Source of the DNA: Candidatus Heritagella sp.
GTDB taxonomy: Bacteria; Bacillota; Clostridia; Oscillospirales; Acutalibacteraceae
Assembly (NCBI GenBank): GCA_051881655.1
Contig: JBJEQH010000154.1
Coordinates: 1-38,819, forward strand
Direction of reading: 5' to 3'
Length of the DNA: 38,819 nt
Shown here in pieces: positions 34,511-38,819 of this stretch; positions within the stretch are counted from its first letter, which is position 1; each line of letters begins with the position of its first letter. A model generated the notes under the pieces. The model had not been told where the DNA came from. It was given only the letters and a program-made list of their open reading frames with translations, and ran no database searches. Both the position numbers and the translations under genes were made by a program.

Positions 34511-35890
34511 ATGAGAATCGTAGTAGTGGGAGATGGAAAGGTCGGATCCCTGCTGACCAAACTGTTGGCGCGGGAAGGCCATGATGTGGTGGTCATCGAC
34601 CGGAATGAAGAAATTCTGCGGGATGTACAGGAGAAGCTGGATGTGGCCATTGTAACTGGAAACGGTGCCAGCGTGCAGATTCAGCGGGAGGCCGGCGTGG
34701 CGGACAGCGACCTGCTGATTGCCGCCACCTCCAGTGACGAGGTCAACCTGCTGTGCAGTCTGGTGGCGCGCAAGCTGGGGTGCCGCCATATCGTGGCCCG
34801 TGTGCGAAACCCGGAGTATGACCAGCAGATCGGACTGCTGAAAGCGGATCTGGGCCTTTCCTTTGCCATTAACCCGGAAAAGGCCGCGGCGCGGGAGATT
34901 TTCCGGCTGCTGCAGTTTCCGCTGTTCTTAAAGCGCGACTCGTTTGCCGGCGGCCGGGCCGAATTGGTGGAGATCAAACTGCCGGCTGACCATGTGTTTG
35001 TGCGCCGGCGGATCGACCAGATCAGCGAAATGCTCAACCGCCGGGTGCTGATCTGCACCGTAGAGCGCGGCGGCGAGATTTACATTCCCTCCGGCAGCTT
35101 TGTGCTGCTGGCAGAGGACAAGCTGAGCATTATGGCGGCGACGGCGGAACTGCCCCAGCTGATCCGGCTGTTCGGCATTCCCACCCAGGAAGTGGAAAAG
35201 GTAATGATCGTGGGCGGAAGCCGCACGGCCGCGTATCTGGCACGGCAGCTTTTGACCACCCATGTGGATGTGACGATTTTGGAGAAATCGTATGAGCGAT
35301 GCGAGGAGCTGTTTGAGCTGCTGCCGGAGGCGACGATCATCCACGGGGACGGCACCACGCAGAGTTTGCTGCTGGATGAAGGCGCCGAGGAGATGGATGC
35401 CATTATCAGCCTGACCGGTATGGATGAAGAGAACCTGCTGGTCTCGATGTTTGCCAACTATATCGGGGTGCCGAAAACCATCACCAAGATCAACCGGCTG
35501 GAGTATACGGATGTCCTGTCCGATATCGGGGTGGACACCATCGTCAGCCCCAAACTGCTGATTGCCAATGAGATTGTGCGGTATGTACGGGCCGTGGGAG
35601 AATCCGGCCAGGGGAGCGTCGAGACGCTGTACCGCATTGCCGGCGGCCGGGCCGAAGCCCTGGGCTTTACCGTACCGCAGACCGGGGCGTTTCTGTCCAT
35701 TCCGCTGGAAAAGCTGCCGATTCAGAAGGGAATCCTGGTGGCCTCGATTGTGCGCAATCAGAAGGTGATTATTCCCCGCGGTGCTGACTGCATGATGCCG
35801 GGGGATGCCATGATTGTGATCACCAGCCAGGGGCGGCCGGTGGCAAAGCTGACAGACATTTTCACGGACGGCGAGGGGAAGGTATCATGA
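34511..35890 (+). CDS. trkA: Trk-system potassium uptake protein TrkA (two RCK modules)
   Basis: MRIVVVGDGKVG Rossmann motif, a second module starting at KVMIVGGSRTA, 459 aa. Confidence 0.92.
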   Translation: MRIVVVGDGKVGSLLTKLLAREGHDVVVIDRNEEILRDVQEKLDVAIVTGNGASVQIQREAGVADSDLLIAATSSDEVNLLCSLVARKLGCRHIVARVRNPEYDQQIGLLKADLGLSFAINPEKAAAREIFRLLQFPLFLKRDSFAGGRAELVEIKLPADHVFVRRRIDQISEMLNRRVLICTVERGGEIYIPSGSFVLLAEDKLSIMAATAELPQLIRLFGIPTQEVEKVMIVGGSRTAAYLARQLLTTHVDVTILEKSYERCEELFELLPEATIIHGDGTTQSLLLDEGAEEMDAIISLTGMDEENLLVSMFANYIGVPKTITKINRLEYTDVLSDIGVDTIVSPKLLIANEIVRYVRAVGESGQGSVETLYRIAGGRAEALGFTVPQTGAFLSIPLEKLPIQKGILVASIVRNQKVIIPRGADCMMPGDAMIVITSQGRPVAKLTDIFTDGEGKVS

Positions 35891-37374
35891 ATTTTCGCCT
35901 GATATTGCGCTATATCGGCTATATTGTCCTGATGGAGGGCGCCTTTATGATCCCGGCCATGCTCATCTCCCTGTTCTGCGATGAGCGGGCCTCGTGGGTG
36001 GCTTTTCTGGCGGCCATTATTCTGTCGGTGGTGGTCGGTTTCTTCCTCAGCCGTCTTCGTGCGGACGACACCATGCATGCCCGCGAGGGGTTTGCCACCG
36101 TGGCATTGGGGTGGATTGTGCTCTCCTTTTTCGGGGCTCTGCCGTTCTTCTTCAGCGGTGCCATCCCCAGCTTTATCGACTGCTGGTTTGAGACGGTTTC
36201 CGGTTTTACCACCACCGGTGCCAGTATTCTGCCGGAGGTGGAGAGCCTGTCGTATGGGCTTTTGTACTGGCGCTGCTTTACCCATTGGCTGGGCGGTATG
36301 GGGGTACTGGTTTTTGTTATGGCGGTGATCCCCCTTGCCAAGGGCAGCGGGAATACCTATCAGCTGATGCGTGCCGAGAGTCCCGGCCCCTCGGTGGGAA
36401 AGCTGACCCCGACCATCCGCAGCATGTCCCGCCGGTTGTATGAAATCTATGTGGCAATGACGCTGCTGGAAATTCTTTTATTGCTGGCGGGGGGAATGCC
36501 GCTGTTCGAAGCGGTCACTCATTCGTTTGCCACGGCCGGTACGGGTGGTTTTTCGGTGAAAAATCTCAGTATCGGCGCGTATGACAGCGCTTATCTGCAA
36601 TTGGTCATCGCTGTGTTTATGGCCCTGTTCGGGGTGAATTTCGGCGTGTATTACCTGCTTCTCACCCGACAGTTCCGCGCCGCATGGAAAAATGAAGAGG
36701 TGCGGGTGTACGGACTGATTATGCTGGGGGCTACGCTGCTGATCGGGATCAACATCCTGCCCCAGTACGAAAACGGGGGCCGCGCGTTTCTGGACAGCTT
36801 CTTCCAGGTGTCCTCGATCATGACGACCACCGGGTTTTCCACGGCGAATTTTGATCTGTGGCCCGAGTTATCCCGGTTTTTGCTGGTGGTTCTCATGCTG
36901 GTGGGCGCCTGTGCCGGTTCTACCGGCGGCGGTATCAAGGTTTCCCGGCTGATTATCCTGTTTAAGCACCTGAAAAACGAGATGGGTGCCATGCTGCGGC
37001 CCCACAGTGTGCGGTCCGTGCGGGTGGACGGCAAGAAAACGGATAACGGCGTGGTGCGCGCCACCACGGCGTTCTTGGTTGCCTATCTCTTTATCTGTAT
37101 ACTCTCCATGGCATTGGTGGCGCTGGATAATTTCAGCCAGGAAACCACGGTCACGGCTGTGCTGGCCTGTTTGAACAATATCGGGCCAGGCCTGGATCTG
37201 GTGGGGCCGATGGGGAATTTCAGCAGCTTCTCGGGTTTTTCCAAGTTTATCCTGTCGCTGGATATGCTGTTTGGCCGGCTGGAGATCTTCCCTATGCTGT
37301 TCCTCTTTACGCCGGCGGCCTGGAAAAAAGCGAAGCGGCCCCGGAAGAACCGGACAATGGGTACGTTGGAATAA
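35887..37374 (+). CDS. trkH: TrkH-family potassium transporter
   Basis: Polytopic membrane protein with GFTTTGAS and MTTTGFSTANF pore-loop motifs. ATGA overlap with trkA. Confidence 0.92.
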   Translation: MNFRLILRYIGYIVLMEGAFMIPAMLISLFCDERASWVAFLAAIILSVVVGFFLSRLRADDTMHAREGFATVALGWIVLSFFGALPFFFSGAIPSFIDCWFETVSGFTTTGASILPEVESLSYGLLYWRCFTHWLGGMGVLVFVMAVIPLAKGSGNTYQLMRAESPGPSVGKLTPTIRSMSRRLYEIYVAMTLLEILLLLAGGMPLFEAVTHSFATAGTGGFSVKNLSIGAYDSAYLQLVIAVFMALFGVNFGVYYLLLTRQFRAAWKNEEVRVYGLIMLGATLLIGINILPQYENGGRAFLDSFFQVSSIMTTTGFSTANFDLWPELSRFLLVVLMLVGACAGSTGGGIKVSRLIILFKHLKNEMGAMLRPHSVRSVRVDGKKTDNGVVRATTAFLVAYLFICILSMALVALDNFSQETTVTAVLACLNNIGPGLDLVGPMGNFSSFSGFSKFILSLDMLFGRLEIFPMLFLFTPAAWKKAKRPRKNRTMGTLE

Positions 37375-37375
37375 A

Positions 37376-37416
37376 AAAATCGGATCCTTTTTTGGAAAAG
37401 GGATCCGATTTTTTTG
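37376..37416 (+). terminator. Rho-independent terminator of trkH
   Basis: atcggatcctttt / aaaagggatccgat hairpin with one bulged G, followed by TTTTTTT. Confidence 0.85.
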
Positions 37417-37624
37417 TGCTTTGGGAGAAAAGTCTTTGGCGGGGATAGGGACCACACTCCCCGTGAAGGATTTTAAAAAATTAAGAAAATTTACTATAAA
37501 TTATTTTCTTTCAAGAAATATTTTCTATAATTCTTTATTGGAAAAATGAAAAGGGAAGAAATGGTATACTAAAAATAGAACTTGTCTCTATTTTGCAGGG
37601 AGAAAGCAAAGGAGGAAATAAGCC

Positions 37625-38713
37625 GTGAAAAGGAGAAAAAATGTCAAAAGAATGAAAAAAGGGAGCCTGACGCTGGCCGTATGGGCGGCCCTGTGGCTGA
37701 TGCTCGCCTCCTGCGCACCGGCTTCCTCCCAGTCTGCGGGGAGCGGGGAGACACCTGCGGTTCCGGAGGCGGCAGAATGCGCCGGGATTACCAATCTCAG
37801 CGCGATGCTGGAGTACCACGACACGGTAGTGGTTGCCCAATTGGAAGAGAATGGGAAAGCCTATCACGGAGAAGGGGACCGCAGTGAAAGCTGGTATGTG
37901 GATACCACCTACACCGTAAAGGAAACCCTGCGCGGCGATCTGCAGGTGGGGGATACGGTGACAGTGCAGGAGCCGGTCACATCCGAAACAGCCACCCCCT
38001 ACAGCAGGAAAGTACAGGCGGACAGCTCCGAGGGCACGCTGCTGTTTTTAAAGAAAGAGGGAGACGGGTACCATATCAGCACTCCGAAACTCTCGATGCA
38101 GCCGCTGCAGGAGTGGTATGGGAAATACCAGATTCAGTGGCTGGACGGTGTGAAGAAAACCACCATCGAGGGAACGGATGTCTCCATTCGCAGCCGGCGG
38201 GATAACAATGGGATTGCCGATACGGCGGATGTACTGGCGTCCCGCAAAGATGCATTGGCGGTATCCGTGGATACGGTTCCGGATTTGTACAGAGAGATTC
38301 TGCGAGAAGACGCCATAGCGGCGGACTGCCTGACGGACAGTGAACGGGTGGTGCGCGCAGCGGTGGAAGAGCGGGGCGATCTGTACGAAAAGGACGGCCG
38401 CTGGTACCAGGATCTGACATTCCGGGTGAAGGAGACGGCAAAAGGGGAAGAAGACGGCGACCGCCTGACCCTGACCATTGAGACAGGAACGGATCTGTGG
38501 CAGCCCATCACCGATGAGACGGAAGGATACGACTGGATTCTGCTGCTGAAAAAAGAGGGGGATACCTGGCAGCTTTGGCACAGCAGCCATGATTCGCTCT
38601 CCTATATCGACGAGTGGGAGAGCATCTACTGGTTCCAATACTCTTTCCCGCGGTCCGTTACCGGAAATCTGCGCACCTGGGAGGATGTGACGGATTACTG
38701 CAAAGCGGAGTAA
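37625..38713 (+). CDS. Lipoprotein of unknown function with two tandem homologous domains
   Basis: GTG start 9 nt after GGAGG. Lipobox LMLASC. Residues about 62-170 and 232-340 align with each other (WY.D.T..VKET..G...GD..T ... LL.LKKEGD ... EW..Y). Confidence 0.75.
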   Translation: MKRRKNVKRMKKGSLTLAVWAALWLMLASCAPASSQSAGSGETPAVPEAAECAGITNLSAMLEYHDTVVVAQLEENGKAYHGEGDRSESWYVDTTYTVKETLRGDLQVGDTVTVQEPVTSETATPYSRKVQADSSEGTLLFLKKEGDGYHISTPKLSMQPLQEWYGKYQIQWLDGVKKTTIEGTDVSIRSRRDNNGIADTADVLASRKDALAVSVDTVPDLYREILREDAIAADCLTDSERVVRAAVEERGDLYEKDGRWYQDLTFRVKETAKGEEDGDRLTLTIETGTDLWQPITDETEGYDWILLLKKEGDTWQLWHSSHDSLSYIDEWESIYWFQYSFPRSVTGNLRTWEDVTDYCKAE

Positions 38714-38819
38714 AGCATAGCGGATCCCCTTATGCAAATATTGGAAAACGGATACATATTTTTCATAAAAAGGAACTTCGCCCACAGAGGTGAGAGGACA
38801 AAACAGAGGTCATAACAAT

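Noticed and set aside
34171-34650. 160-codon N-terminal extension of the 32851-34650 ORF
   Set aside because: It runs through the AT-rich divergent promoter region and into the trkA start on the opposite strand. The product is low-complexity (S/T/F/P-rich). The first credible start is ATG 34170.
1-38819. Mobile elements, CRISPR arrays, tRNA/rRNA genes, prophage or toxin-antitoxin modules
   Set aside because: I scanned by eye for direct or inverted terminal repeats, regularly spaced repeats, integrase or transposase-like ORFs and tRNA-like structures, and found none. This cannot be excluded without tRNAscan, Infernal and repeat finders.

Overview
GC-rich chromosomal window, probably from a Clostridia-type Firmicute. 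That placement is inferred from gene content: a pth-mfd-PrsA-like block, PPDK, class II GalT, a long-form Prs, and SEDS plus class B PBP. I support 24 protein-coding genes. No rRNA, tRNA, CRISPR array, IS element or integrase was seen. Most of the window is housekeeping: pflA-pflB, prs, an LbH protein with galT, a GH38 alpha-mannosidase, an Fe-S aldo/keto reductase, FHA-RodA with a PBP, a lipoprotein foldase-like gene, mfd, pth, ppdK, trkA-trkH and a repeat lipoprotein. The many long ORFs antisense to these genes are GC-driven shadows. The stand-out region is a tightly packed seven-gene minus-strand operon (34170->24665). It encodes two paralogous proteins carrying both bacterial sialyltransferase signature motifs (D/E-D/E-G and HP), a NeuA/KdsB-type cytidylyltransferase, an HOA-like DRE-TIM aldolase fused to a CstII/Maf-like domain, two COG5610-type HAD-like proteins (one degenerate) and a small DxDxT HAD phosphatase. 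It has no canonical NeuB/KdsA-type synthase and no export machinery. I read it as a candidate non-canonical CMP-ulosonic-acid glycosylation system with an unknown acceptor. Secondary observations are a promoter plus terminator-like structured leader ahead of pflA, an FHA-SEDS fusion translationally coupled to a PBP, a perfect palindrome in the ppdK leader, and a tandem-domain lipoprotein behind a very AT-rich island. All functional calls rest on motif reading by eye, with no database search.
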